Positions 9,333 to 18,578 are shown, numbered from the stretch's first letter. The stretch: DNA of 21,103 nucleotides from an uncultured Dehalococcoidaceae bacterium (GCA_964514525.1 CAZEUJ010000007.1:1-21103), one strand, 5' to 3'. Notes: generated by a model from the sequence alone, not told the origin. A program made the numbers and translations.

Positions 9333-10232
9333 CTACTTTATGTAGCCGTCGGGTCCCTTGCCGGTATGTCCCCAGGGGCGCACCACCGCAAATATCCAGG
9401 GACTGTCCTGCTTTGTCACGATGAGCGGGCAATGGGCGTGCCCGGCGGGCTGTATGGCGACCGTGGGCGTGGTGATAACGTGTTTTTCCATGTCCTTGCC
9501 CATGTAAAGCTCGCATTCCGCCGGCAATATACTAATATCGTCGGGGTCGGCGCCCATGAAAAGCAGGAACTCGGTATAGGGATGCACATGGGGTTTATCG
9601 GGGACGGGGCCGAACCTGTAAGGCGCCCGGTTCATGCTTTCATACGACATGTGGAACTCGAAGTCCTTGCCATGGATATCCGTGATAGCGCCGTCGTGGG
9701 TATCCTGGTTGAACGGGCCGTAGTGCCAGGGGCCGTTGCGGGTAAATGCTAGGTGCTGGACATTCTCACGGTATTTAGAGCGCATGAAATCGGCCGGCTT
9801 GCCCGGTTTATCGCTCAGTTTCGCGGTTTTAGACGTCAGTTCCGGTGCCATCGAGACCGTCATAAAGATAAACCTGTCGTCCATTCTCCCGATGGTGGCC
9901 GGCATATGTGGCATGCCTTTGGGGACGGCGACCGCCGTGGCCGTGGTAATCATGTGGGTCTCTTTTTCCTCGCCGAGGGTCAACTCGACTTCGGCTCCCA
10001 GGTAGCCCTCGTCAAATGTGTCCAGCCCCATCCATATCATTACCTGGTCGGAGTCATGCACCTGCGTCTCGTAGGGCGCCATTTTACCGGCGGACCAGTA
10101 AGTCCCGTATTGAATGTGGACGTCGTAGCCGAGGAACGCTCCGTTCATCTCGGTCCCCTGCCGGGGCAAGCCCGGTCCGTAGTCTTTAAAAGAAAGAGCC
10201 TTTACCAGGTGACCGTATTTCGTTTTCGCCAT
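9333..10232 (-). CDS. Bicupin-like protein of unknown function (paralog B)
   Basis: 299 aa. It has the same MAKTKYGH N-terminus as paralog A, and the 5' 15 nt are identical. The C-module keeps H215-V-H217...E221...H265/H267. The N-module has Q57-V-H59, so the site is partly degenerate. Confidence 0.55.
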   Translation of the reverse strand: MAKTKYGHLVKALSFKDYGPGLPRQGTEMNGAFLGYDVHIQYGTYWSAGKMAPYETQVHDSDQVMIWMGLDTFDEGYLGAEVELTLGEEKETHMITTATAVAVPKGMPHMPATIGRMDDRFIFMTVSMAPELTSKTAKLSDKPGKPADFMRSKYRENVQHLAFTRNGPWHYGPFNQDTHDGAITDIHGKDFEFHMSYESMNRAPYRFGPVPDKPHVHPYTEFLLFMGADPDDISILPAECELYMGKDMEKHVITTPTVAIQPAGHAHCPLIVTKQDSPWIFAVVRPWGHTGKGPDGYIK

Positions 10233-10265
10233 TTTTCATACCCCCGTCAGCATATTTGGAACAGA

Positions 10266-11735
10266 CTAGACCAGCGCGCCACCCTCGGGTGATACGCCGT
10301 TGGGGTCGATGGCTCTCAAGAGCTTCCTCCACCATAGATGGTAATTCGATACGGCCGGTCCGATTTCGTCCTGCGGGCCCATGGTGCTGGCGAAGTAACG
10401 TTCCTTGAAAGCCCTGGCCGTCTGCTCTTTTTGCCAGGTTTCCACGGCCTTCTTGGCTTCCTCGTTCCGTGGGTCAAATTTACAGAATATTTCCGTTTTA
10501 CCCAGGTGCCCCTGCTCGACGCCCCAGCCGAAAAACGCCCCGCCGTCATCAACTATCAAGCCCTTCTTAATCAAGGGCTTCTTGGCTTCGCCGGCGCCGA
10601 TGGCCCACTTGATGGTGAGGTCGCGCTGGCCCATGATGGGAATCGAGTTGAACGCCCCGCCGGGGCGGAACGTCTCCCGGATGGAGGCGGAAATCCTGAT
10701 GCACTGGCAGAGCAAAATCCCTTCAATCTCGGGGTCTTCCACCGTCTTTAAAGACTTGCCGCCCGCTTCGCCGACTATTTTTTTAAGGACCTTCTTCTTG
10801 TAGTCGAAGTCCTCCGGGGTGTTGCCGGCGATGATGACGAAGAAGCCGGGCCCCTGCACCTCTTTGCTGAGGCGCTTGAACATTGCTTCATCTTCTTCAT
10901 TGCAGGTGGTGATATTGGCGGCGACCATGGCCGCGTTAAAACCCATCAGCTCGTAGCATATTTCGGCTTCGCCCAGCTTGAGCTCCGCCTGCCACATTTT
11001 CTCCACCGACGGGAAGCTGAAATACCGCGCCATCATGTTAGGCGGTATCTCGCTCAGGGTGTATTTCGGCGACTTCCCGGTTATCGGGAAGCTCGCGGGA
11101 CCCGGCCAGTGATAAAGCTTTACGGCGCCCTTGGTGAATACCCCCGGCGTTACGCCCGGCGGCACGGCGCTGGTAAGAATGCTCCTCAAAGAAGGACCCG
11201 GCCCGTCGCCGCAGAACCATTCGTCGGTAGAGCCCAGCGCGCCCGTCCGCACGATGTTCCCTTCAGGGGTGACCCATTCTATAGCCAGATGGTTGCGGTC
11301 GTCGCCGCTGGTGGTCTGGTCCATGTGGCCGTGGCCCCGCAACAGCGCCGAGCAGTTGGTCCCGGCCCCCTTGATGCAGAAGTTCAGGCCCCTTTTCATC
11401 AACTCGGCCTGAAGCTCCGACGAGATCACGTAAGGCTCGACCACGGCATACATGTTTTTCTCGTTGATTTCGATGATGCGGTTCATCCGGCGCAGGTCGA
11501 ACAAAAGGATTCCCTTGGGGAACATCCCGGACCAGCCCGTGCATATGGGACGGAACTGTAACTTATGCTTGTTGCAGAGTTTTACCAATGCCTGGACTTC
11601 CGCGGTGTTAGCTGGGAGGATTATGGCGGCGAACTCCGTACCGTAATACGCGGGCATTATGGCGGGGTCGTCGCAGATATTTTCCTCTCCCACCACATCT
11701 TCGAATTCCTTGTATACTTCTTTACTGAAAGCCAT
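10266..11735 (-). CDS. FAD-binding (PCMH-type, FAD_binding_4) oxidoreductase, GlcD/GlcE-like
   Basis: 489 aa. The N-terminal pattern AAIILPANTAEVQALVKLCNKHKLQF...GILLFDLRRMNRIIEINEKNMYAVVEPYVISSELQAELMKRGL matches the FAD_binding_4 layout. The usual GGGTS motif is replaced by CTGWSG. Confidence 0.7.
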   Translation of the reverse strand: MAFSKEVYKEFEDVVGEENICDDPAIMPAYYGTEFAAIILPANTAEVQALVKLCNKHKLQFRPICTGWSGMFPKGILLFDLRRMNRIIEINEKNMYAVVEPYVISSELQAELMKRGLNFCIKGAGTNCSALLRGHGHMDQTTSGDDRNHLAIEWVTPEGNIVRTGALGSTDEWFCGDGPGPSLRSILTSAVPPGVTPGVFTKGAVKLYHWPGPASFPITGKSPKYTLSEIPPNMMARYFSFPSVEKMWQAELKLGEAEICYELMGFNAAMVAANITTCNEEDEAMFKRLSKEVQGPGFFVIIAGNTPEDFDYKKKVLKKIVGEAGGKSLKTVEDPEIEGILLCQCIRISASIRETFRPGGAFNSIPIMGQRDLTIKWAIGAGEAKKPLIKKGLIVDDGGAFFGWGVEQGHLGKTEIFCKFDPRNEEAKKAVETWQKEQTARAFKERYFASTMGPQDEIGPAVSNYHLWWRKLLRAIDPNGVSPEGGALV

Positions 11736-11753
11736 GATTCATAACCCCCTTTC

Positions 11754-13019
11754 CTAAAGTGCCTTCTCGACGAGTTCGACGATATCGTATACTTTCAGGC
11801 CGCTGCCGCTGTCTTTGACGGCTTCGCTGAAGTTCTTCTCACACCAGGGACAGGCGCTCACGATGGCATCGGCGCCGGTAGACAGGGCTTCATCAATCCT
11901 CTTTTGCGCGGTCCACTTGTTGAAATCGGCGTTGGACACGTCAACGCCGCCGCCGGCCCCGCAGCACCAGGAGTATTCTTTAATCCTGGTCATTTCCGTG
12001 AGTTTTACACCGGGGATGCTCCTGAGGACGTCGCGGGGAGGTTCATAGACGCCCTGGGTGCCGCGCCGGTACGGCTTGGGCGGGTCGAAAACGAACTTAT
12101 CGCCCGGTATCTTTTTCCCCTGCCAGTGTATCCACGGCTCGCCCAGCCTGCCGAGGTAACAGGGGTCGTGGTACGTGACCGAGAGATTGACTTTCTTGTT
12201 CAACTCTAGCTTGCCTGTTTTTATTAGTTTGTCAATATATTCCGAGATATGCAGCACTTCGAGGTCGCCCTTAAGGTCGAACCTATCATAGAGCACCTTG
12301 AAGGCCTGGTAGCCGTCGGCGCAGCCCGTCACCAGCGTCTTGATGCCGGCTTTCTTAATCATCGCCATGTTCTTTCTGGCCTGCTTGAGGAAGTCGTCCT
12401 GATAACCCATCTGGTAGGCGCGACCGCCGCAGCACGTCTCGGCGTCGCCGGCGATGCCGAAATTGACGCCGCCTTTCTGTAATATCTTTACGGTGGCTTT
12501 AGCCAGCTTCTGCATGTCCTTATCGTAGCTGGTCAGGCAGCCGACGTGATAAAGGACATCCACTTTCTCTTTCAAGGCGTCCTTCAGGTCCAGTCCTGCG
12601 GCCCAGTCGCCCCGTTTGCCTTTGGCGGGCACCATCGAGCCCGTCTGGCGCATGCCGGCGATGACCTTGTCTAAGGCGGGATTGGTCTTGCCGTCCTGGA
12701 CACACCTGATCCTGAACTCGTTAATGGGCTGGAGGACCTCCATGTCCATGGCGTAATTACACGAGACGCCGCAGGCGCCGCACATCTGGCAGTTATAGAC
12801 GATATGGAGGAGCCTGTCCGTGTAGTTAAAGCCGTTCTTCAACATCGCCGTCCCGATATTTACCCTGCCGCCGCCCGAGTAGGCGTGGAAGTTAAATCTC
12901 GCGATGCTGGGGCATACGTAGGAAAACTCGGACCCCTTCACCTTCTGCATGGGGATAAATTTACAGGCCGAACACCGGCAGCACATTGCCATATCGCCTC
13001 GGTAATCTTCTAGTGCCAT
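11754..13019 (-). CDS. Fe-S oxidoreductase with two 4Fe-4S motifs and two CCG domains (GlcF/HdrD/LldE-like)
   Basis: 421 aa. Cys motifs are CCRCSACKF...CPS and CQMCGACGVSC. Two CCG signatures are present (TCCGGRAY and WCCGAGGG). Confidence 0.85.
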   Translation of the reverse strand: MALEDYRGDMAMCCRCSACKFIPMQKVKGSEFSYVCPSIARFNFHAYSGGGRVNIGTAMLKNGFNYTDRLLHIVYNCQMCGACGVSCNYAMDMEVLQPINEFRIRCVQDGKTNPALDKVIAGMRQTGSMVPAKGKRGDWAAGLDLKDALKEKVDVLYHVGCLTSYDKDMQKLAKATVKILQKGGVNFGIAGDAETCCGGRAYQMGYQDDFLKQARKNMAMIKKAGIKTLVTGCADGYQAFKVLYDRFDLKGDLEVLHISEYIDKLIKTGKLELNKKVNLSVTYHDPCYLGRLGEPWIHWQGKKIPGDKFVFDPPKPYRRGTQGVYEPPRDVLRSIPGVKLTEMTRIKEYSWCCGAGGGVDVSNADFNKWTAQKRIDEALSTGADAIVSACPWCEKNFSEAVKDSGSGLKVYDIVELVEKAL

Positions 13020-13069
13020 CTTCTCTACCTCCTGAATTTATTCAACGATGAATGTTTTTTATTCATAGT

Positions 13070-14536
13070 CTAAAAGCACACTTTCCCGGGATTCATAATA
13101 TTGTTGGGATCGAATATCTTCTTAAGCTTGGCTAAAACAGCCACGGTAGCCGCATCCCTGTTAATAATCGTTCCGGCGTTTTGGCCGTAAGGCCTGGAGA
13201 AGAACGCCCCCGCCGCCATTAAGCCCTTGACGGCCGAGGCGGACAACTCTTTGACCCGATTTGCCTCACTGGCGTTGGCAGGGTCGTAGAACAGATTGAA
13301 CTCGCAATGAACGCCGGTACCCTGAACGATGGGCTGGATGTAGACGCCCATGTCCGGGGTAGAGTAGCCGGCGTTTTCCGCCAGATCGTTCATGGCCTTG
13401 ACCTGGCCTTCGAGCTTGTCATTTATGGTTAAAAAGAAGACGTCCTCGCAGGCGCCTTTATAGCGTAGTTTCCAGTAGGGCTCGGCGGAGGGCCGCTGGA
13501 CCGCTTTTAATATTTCATTGGCGGAAATGCCGCCGGCGGCTTTAACGGCTTCCACCCCCAGACGCTGGGTGATATCGGTGATGCCTTTAATGTGAGAGCT
13601 AACGCGTTCCTCCGGTAAATATTCGTAGCCGGCGACAGTATAGAAAAGAGTCCACGGAGGCAGGGCATCCTTAAGGTTCTGGTAGCCCCTGGGCCATTTC
13701 TTCGTAAAGATGGCCGCCAGGTTGGCATTATTGAGGATAAAGCATTCGTTGACCATTCTCAGCCTTATCAGCCAGGAAGCCAGATCGAGCAGCGTGGCAG
13801 GGCTGGAGGCGCCGACTACAAACGGCTCTTCAAGGCTGGGGAGTATTTCACACCTCATCGATGCCCACGTTACGATGCCCATCGTCCCCTGCGCCCCCTG
13901 GATAAGCCGGTGCCAAGATGCCACGCCCGGCCCGTAGGGGGCTTTTTGCACGCCCCCGACGGCCCACTGTTCCTCGATGGTACCAGGCCCGGCCGCTTGC
14001 CCCGTCCTGAACTCATCTCCGGTGCCGAAAATTACCCCCGCGCAGGCCAGCGGGTCGGATATATCCCATTGATATTTGGGCATGACTACCGGCTCCCTCT
14101 CCAGCAGGCTGCCGATGACCGTCTTCGACTTTCTCGGCAGCAGCGGCATGTTGAGTCGGAGGCCTTCCTTTTCCACCGCCGGTATGAGCTCACCGAAGGT
14201 CACGCCCGGCTCGACCTCGGCCACCCGGCGCGCCCGGTCGACCAGAATAATCTTCTTCATATTACTCAAATCTACGATAACGGCCCCTCCGATGCCGGGA
14301 ACGGTGTCACCGCGGAAATGCGGGGGGCCTGAGCTTACCGGCACGAGCGGCGTCAGCGTCTCGTTGGCCAGGGCTACAATCTTCTGCACGTCGCCGGTAT
14401 TTTTTGGCTTTACGACACATACCGGCCTTATCGAATTGACGAAGCTAATATCTCTGGAATATTCATCCAGCGCCGCCGGTTCATAACTTACATTGCCGGC
14501 TCCCACAACCTTCACCAGCTTCTCCTTTACAATCAT
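13070..14536 (-). CDS. FAD-binding (PCMH-type) oxidoreductase, GlcD-like
   Basis: 488 aa. The pattern PVCVVKPKNTGDVQKIVALANETLTPLVPVSSG...GAVIVDLSNMKKIILVDRARRVAEVEPGVTFGELIPAVEKEGL matches FAD_binding_4. A FAD-oxidase C-terminal-type domain follows. AAAGGGGG serves as the RBS. Confidence 0.8.
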   Translation of the reverse strand: MIVKEKLVKVVGAGNVSYEPAALDEYSRDISFVNSIRPVCVVKPKNTGDVQKIVALANETLTPLVPVSSGPPHFRGDTVPGIGGAVIVDLSNMKKIILVDRARRVAEVEPGVTFGELIPAVEKEGLRLNMPLLPRKSKTVIGSLLEREPVVMPKYQWDISDPLACAGVIFGTGDEFRTGQAAGPGTIEEQWAVGGVQKAPYGPGVASWHRLIQGAQGTMGIVTWASMRCEILPSLEEPFVVGASSPATLLDLASWLIRLRMVNECFILNNANLAAIFTKKWPRGYQNLKDALPPWTLFYTVAGYEYLPEERVSSHIKGITDITQRLGVEAVKAAGGISANEILKAVQRPSAEPYWKLRYKGACEDVFFLTINDKLEGQVKAMNDLAENAGYSTPDMGVYIQPIVQGTGVHCEFNLFYDPANASEANRVKELSASAVKGLMAAGAFFSRPYGQNAGTIINRDAATVAVLAKLKKIFDPNNIMNPGKVCF

Positions 14537-14662
14537 GACTGCCCCCTTTCGCTTTTAGCTGGAATAGATAATCCTATCTGAAAGGACAATACCAGTATTA
14601 TAGATTCAAGTTATATTTGAAAATAAGGGTATTCAGCCGACCCCGAAATATTGTCTCACCAG

Positions 14663-14692
14663 ATAGTAATCTACTTTTACAGCCCCTGTCAA
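14663..14692 (-). promoter_or_regulatory. Sigma70-type promoter for the FAD/Fe-S/bicupin operon
   Basis: On the minus strand, TTGACA (14692-14687), an 18-nt spacer, then TACTAT (14668-14663). This leaves a leader of about 120 nt before the ATG at 14536. Confidence 0.45.
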
Positions 14693-14775
14693 ATAGCTTC
14701 CACAGAGTATTGTATTGCATCGGTTACAGAGGGGGATAAAGGAGGCGGATTTGAAATAACTTTAACCTCTCTTTT

Positions 14776-15552
14776 TCAGGGGCGGCTTCCGCCCGCCGGA
14801 GCGGAGACCTCCAGTATTTGGCCCGAAAGTTTGGAGGCAACATCCGAGACAAGGAAAGCTACGGCGTTGGCGATATCCTCGGGGGTGGTCGTTTTACCGG
14901 CCTTGGCCAGGTTATCCACAATTTCCGCCATGCGCGGGTCGCCGCCGCTTACCCGGTGGAAATTGGTAGCACCGGGGCCGGGGGCGATGATGTTGATATT
15001 GATGCCCTGAGCGCCGACCTCACCGGCGAGTGTCTTGCTGAACATGACCGTACCGGCTTTGGCGGCGACGTATACCGCGGCTCCGGCCAGTCCGGTGGGC
15101 TGGTGGGCGGCATGGGTGGAGAAATTAACGATTTTGCCGTAATGACGCTTTAACATATGCGGGAGAACGGCCTGGGTGACGTTCATCGTGCCCCGGAGAT
15201 TGATATTGATATCGATATCCCACATTTCCTGCGTCATCTCGACGAAGGGGCGAATACCGCTGGCGCGACCGGCGCAGTTCACGAGGATATCGATATGTTT
15301 AAAATGTTCGAAGGCTTTTTTAAAAGCGGCGTCGACACCGGCTTTGTCCGTGATATCGACCTTCAATGCGAGGGATTTCCTGCCCAGCGCTTTCACCGCA
15401 GCGGCGGTCTTTTGCGCGCCTGCGAAATCGATATCGGCACAAATAACATCACAGCCTTCTTCCGCCAGCTTGACGGCGATGCCCCTCCCGAAGCCAATCT
15501 GCGAGCCCGTGCCGGTTACCAGCGCTATTTTCCCCTTTAGTTTCAGGTCCAC
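14776..15552 (-). CDS. Short-chain dehydrogenase/reductase (SDR, FabG-like)
   Basis: 258 aa with a GTG start preceded by GGGAGGG. The cofactor motif is TGTGSQIGFG, NCAG is present, and the catalytic motif is YVAAK. Confidence 0.9.
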   Translation of the reverse strand: MDLKLKGKIALVTGTGSQIGFGRGIAVKLAEEGCDVICADIDFAGAQKTAAAVKALGRKSLALKVDITDKAGVDAAFKKAFEHFKHIDILVNCAGRASGIRPFVEMTQEMWDIDININLRGTMNVTQAVLPHMLKRHYGKIVNFSTHAAHQPTGLAGAAVYVAAKAGTVMFSKTLAGEVGAQGININIIAPGPGATNFHRVSGGDPRMAEIVDNLAKAGKTTTPEDIANAVAFLVSDVASKLSGQILEVSAPAGGSRP

Positions 15553-15588
15553 GAAGCCCTCCCGAAAAACAGTCTGAATTGCCGACGT

Positions 15589-15597
15589 ATTATACCA
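15589..15597 (-). promoter_or_regulatory. Extended -10 promoter element (TGGTATAAT) for the SDR gene
   Basis: The minus strand reads TGGTATAAT (TGnTATAAT form) about 37 nt upstream of the GTG start. It lies immediately downstream of the terminator at 15611-15640. The -35 is weak. Confidence 0.45.
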
Positions 15598-15610
15598 CGC
15601 CGACGAAAGG

Positions 15611-15640
15611 GAGAAAAAGAACAGGGGCGCAAGCCCCTCT
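15611..15640 (-). terminator. Rho-independent terminator downstream of the AAA+/RyR gene
   Basis: On the minus strand, AGGGGC, the loop TTGC and GCCCCT form the stem (15638-15623). It is followed by GTTCTTTTTCTCCC. It shares the 13-mer GCCCCTCTTAAAC with the 6501-6525 hairpin. Confidence 0.65.
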
Positions 15641-15815
15641 TAAACACTCCTGATGGCGTTGGCCTCGTACTGACGGCCTGTATTATTTATTTCACCTGGC
15701 GGCAAAGACGCCAGGATTCTACCAAAGACAAGTTAAATTCCTAGAAGTCTTACCGTTGGGGTTCTGTTCTTTGCCCCCGTTAAACATCAAAGAATAGACT
15801 GTTTTTATAAAAACT

Positions 15816-18485
15816 CTAACGACTGGTCGTAGTCGATTTTACTATCGTATATCCGGCTCTTGCCAGGATCTTAGGAATACTTCTGATTAACGTGCGGTCT
15901 TTTTGCCTGGCTATGTCGGATAGTGCTGACCACGGTACGAGGTCTTGGTGCTGCTTAAGCTTTTTATTGGTTTCCCTGGCAGGTTTCCAGTGGTCGGCAA
16001 GTTTCTGCGCCATCCACCGTTGATGTTCCTCTTGGGCTAATATTTCGATTTCCTTTTTTGAAAATCTACAGGGAGTCGTATCACCGCGCATCGGTATAGC
16101 GGTATATCCCACTTTTATAAGTTTGTTCTGGATATCCCAGGCGTTATTACGGTTCTGCTCCTTCTCATTTTCCGGTAATTCGGAGTAAGGCTTGAGTGAG
16201 GAATGCTCTTTCCGGTCTTGCCGTGTCACCGGTCCATAGGCCCAGCCTTTGGAACGCATATCGTCACAGAATGCTTCGTGTACCACTTCCGCGAGTTTCT
16301 CGAGGAGATCGCTATCAAGTTCCAGCCGGTGCATTATAGAGGAAAAATCGCGGCCATCGACGTGCAGACTCAGCTGTGTTTCCGATGGCAAACAGGAACG
16401 TTCGAAACTAGCCTTGCTGGCTAGCTGACTCATTGACACGATTGCTTCCATGGAGCGTACTCCATGTTTGTATTGGCTGGTTAAGAGAAAAGCGCGCAAT
16501 ACTCCCCGGTCGATATTCACGGTTCTCTTGTTGCCCTTATGGCTGATAAGCTGGGGGGCAATGCGCTCGATGATTGAACGCAGCATGATGGCTCGCCTTA
16601 TCACGTAATAAATATCCCTGGTACGCCCCGGCTCGTTTTCGCTTACCTGCCGGTTAGGGCCTAATATATTGAGAAATCCTTTAAGACGGGAGGCAAAATC
16701 CGGTAACTTAACGTCCCGGCGTTTCGTATCATCCAGGTTGGCGCCGAACGATTCCATGTCATAGCTGCTGCTGCCGGCAAAAACGAAGATGCTCCGGCCA
16801 ATAGGATGATTTATTTGCCCTTCCTGGAACTCTCCATCCTGCATGGGAGCCAGGAAATAGCGCAGCCAGCCCAGCGGCTGTTGCTGCAACTGGGTATCGA
16901 ATTCATCCCAGAAGACCAGCGGGATTTTGCCGGTTAAAGCCTTATCTCGCACCTGGTGGAAAGCATCGTACAGATTTTCAAGTCCGGCAAATTGTGACAG
17001 GTTAAAGGTCAGTGTCTCGATTCCTCCCGGCAGTACCGAATTAGCTACCTCTTTTACCGCAAACGACTTACCCGCGCCCGGCGGCCCGAACACGGCGATG
17101 GATAGAGGTGCTTTCTTGTAACCTTGACAATAATCGCGGATAAGGTTACAGATACTGTGCAGGCTCTCGATTTCCCTCCGGTCTACCGTGCGCAGGTTGC
17201 CGAATCGTCCTATCGGGACCTCGGGTAACGCAGATTCCATACCTTCTAGGACGATTTGTTCAGCCACACCCTCCAGTGAATCGGGGTTTTTATCCTCGAG
17301 GATTGTCCAGAAACCCCCATCTTTCGCTGCGGATGAAATCTTCGCCCGGGTTATGGTTGCCTGTGATGGGATTTTAATTATTGCCGTTGCCAGGCAGGTT
17401 TTATCCTCGGCAAGCACCCCGGCTATTTCCGCTACCGGAAACGCAAGTCGTATCGGTTCCTCGTCGCTGTTTACCCGACCGTATCCTTCAACATGAAGAA
17501 ATCGCATGGCTCGCGTTCCGCGCTGTATACCGCGGGCTACGTTCGGCTGCCTGGTGTTCAACATCAATTCGCGGGCTATACCCGCTGTCAGGCAGGAGTC
17601 ATAACCTATCATATATCCCATGTGGTTTTGTCCCCATTCGCCTTCCATCGCATTCGGGTCGAAGAATAGGACCGCCTCCGGCATGGACCTGGCGTTTTTC
17701 GAGAGTAAAACAACACCGGCCGTATCGAAAATAACAATAACATGGGCGCATTGTGCCAGCGTTTTAACCCGCGGATTGTTTATAAGCTCCCATACGAGGT
17801 CCTGGGCGGTACGCTCCCAGGATATCTGGCGGCTGATCTGCACCTGGCTGGCCCGCAGGTCTTCCGCCAGCATTACCACGGTGAGTCTTTCCGCATGATT
17901 CTGGACCAGATATTCCCATAGTTTACCCTGCGCTACCGGTTTAGCCATCTTGACCAGGACATGAGTACGGGCGGTATTTGTAATAATTTTGTTCCATTCA
18001 TTCGGTTGCCCCCGAAACCCGAGGTTAGCGTCGTCGATGATGACAATATCCGGTCGAGGGGATTTAACTTTACCTGTTGCGGGTTTTTCACTTAAGACGA
18101 CATTGCTCTGGGCCGGATTAAGGCCGAGGAATTCCTGCACCCGCCATACCCTGTTTAAAGACGGTTTGCTTTCGTCGAGAAAAAACGGCATCCACATGGC
18201 GTATGAATGGTGGAAACGGCTATCGATAGGGGAAAGACGCACCCGGGGCAGATTAACCTGTTTCACCACACCATCAACCTGGCCAGCTTCATGCAGTGTC
18301 TTGGCCACGGCATCGATGAGCAGGGATAATATCGCCGCGCCTCCCGGCTGGCATAATGCGGCCGTGACTTCATCCGCCGTCCATGCCCGTGCTGCACTCT
18401 TCATACGCGGCATACGGGCGATATTCCAGTCTATCGTTACGTCCCCCGTAACGACAATGGTTTTCGAATCCATCTTTTTGTCCAT
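15816..18485 (-). CDS. Multidomain protein: N-terminal ~430-aa uncharacterised (possibly PfkB/ribokinase-like) domain, classical AAA+ ATPase, and two C-terminal RyR repeat domains
   Basis: 889 aa with AAGGGGG as the RBS. Walker A is GPPGAGKS (aa 467-474, nt 17087-17064). Walker B is LVFWDEFD (aa 523-530, nt 16919-16896), followed by IFVFAGSSS. The two RyR-type repeats are LAEVVHEAFCDDMRSKGWAYGP...LKPYSELPENEKEQNRN...KVGYTAIP and ILAQEEHQRWMAQK...LVPWSALSDIARQKDR...RAGYTIVK. Confidence 0.8.
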   Translation of the reverse strand: MDKKMDSKTIVVTGDVTIDWNIARMPRMKSAARAWTADEVTAALCQPGGAAILSLLIDAVAKTLHEAGQVDGVVKQVNLPRVRLSPIDSRFHHSYAMWMPFFLDESKPSLNRVWRVQEFLGLNPAQSNVVLSEKPATGKVKSPRPDIVIIDDANLGFRGQPNEWNKIITNTARTHVLVKMAKPVAQGKLWEYLVQNHAERLTVVMLAEDLRASQVQISRQISWERTAQDLVWELINNPRVKTLAQCAHVIVIFDTAGVVLLSKNARSMPEAVLFFDPNAMEGEWGQNHMGYMIGYDSCLTAGIARELMLNTRQPNVARGIQRGTRAMRFLHVEGYGRVNSDEEPIRLAFPVAEIAGVLAEDKTCLATAIIKIPSQATITRAKISSAAKDGGFWTILEDKNPDSLEGVAEQIVLEGMESALPEVPIGRFGNLRTVDRREIESLHSICNLIRDYCQGYKKAPLSIAVFGPPGAGKSFAVKEVANSVLPGGIETLTFNLSQFAGLENLYDAFHQVRDKALTGKIPLVFWDEFDTQLQQQPLGWLRYFLAPMQDGEFQEGQINHPIGRSIFVFAGSSSYDMESFGANLDDTKRRDVKLPDFASRLKGFLNILGPNRQVSENEPGRTRDIYYVIRRAIMLRSIIERIAPQLISHKGNKRTVNIDRGVLRAFLLTSQYKHGVRSMEAIVSMSQLASKASFERSCLPSETQLSLHVDGRDFSSIMHRLELDSDLLEKLAEVVHEAFCDDMRSKGWAYGPVTRQDRKEHSSLKPYSELPENEKEQNRNNAWDIQNKLIKVGYTAIPMRGDTTPCRFSKKEIEILAQEEHQRWMAQKLADHWKPARETNKKLKQHQDLVPWSALSDIARQKDRTLIRSIPKILARAGYTIVKSTTTSR

Positions 18486-18548
18486 AGGCTTACCCCCTTT
18501 GTTCTAACCGAAAGTAGGTCAACGGGTAGCGGTACGTGGTCGGATGTG

Positions 18549-18578
18549 ATTATAGCCTTTTTACTATTGGTTTATCAA
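18549..18578 (-). promoter_or_regulatory. Sigma70-type promoter for the AAA+/RyR gene
   Basis: On the minus strand, TTGATA (18578-18573), an 18-nt spacer, then TATAAT (18554-18549). Confidence 0.45.

Noticed and set aside
8750-10292. Plus-strand ORFs 8750..9424 (224 aa), 9366..9752 and 9753..10292 (179 aa)
   Set aside because: They are antisense shadows of the two bicupin genes. They have no RBS or motifs, and the minus-strand reading frames show paralogous conservation.
15565-15806. 11-bp inverted repeat (AAAAACAGTCT / AGACTGTTTTT) flanking the 15.6-15.8 kb spacer, a possible MITE
   Set aside because: The match is A/T-rich and only 11 bp long. My rough estimate is that about one such pair within 250 bp is expected by chance in a window of this size. 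No target-site duplication or internal element features are visible.
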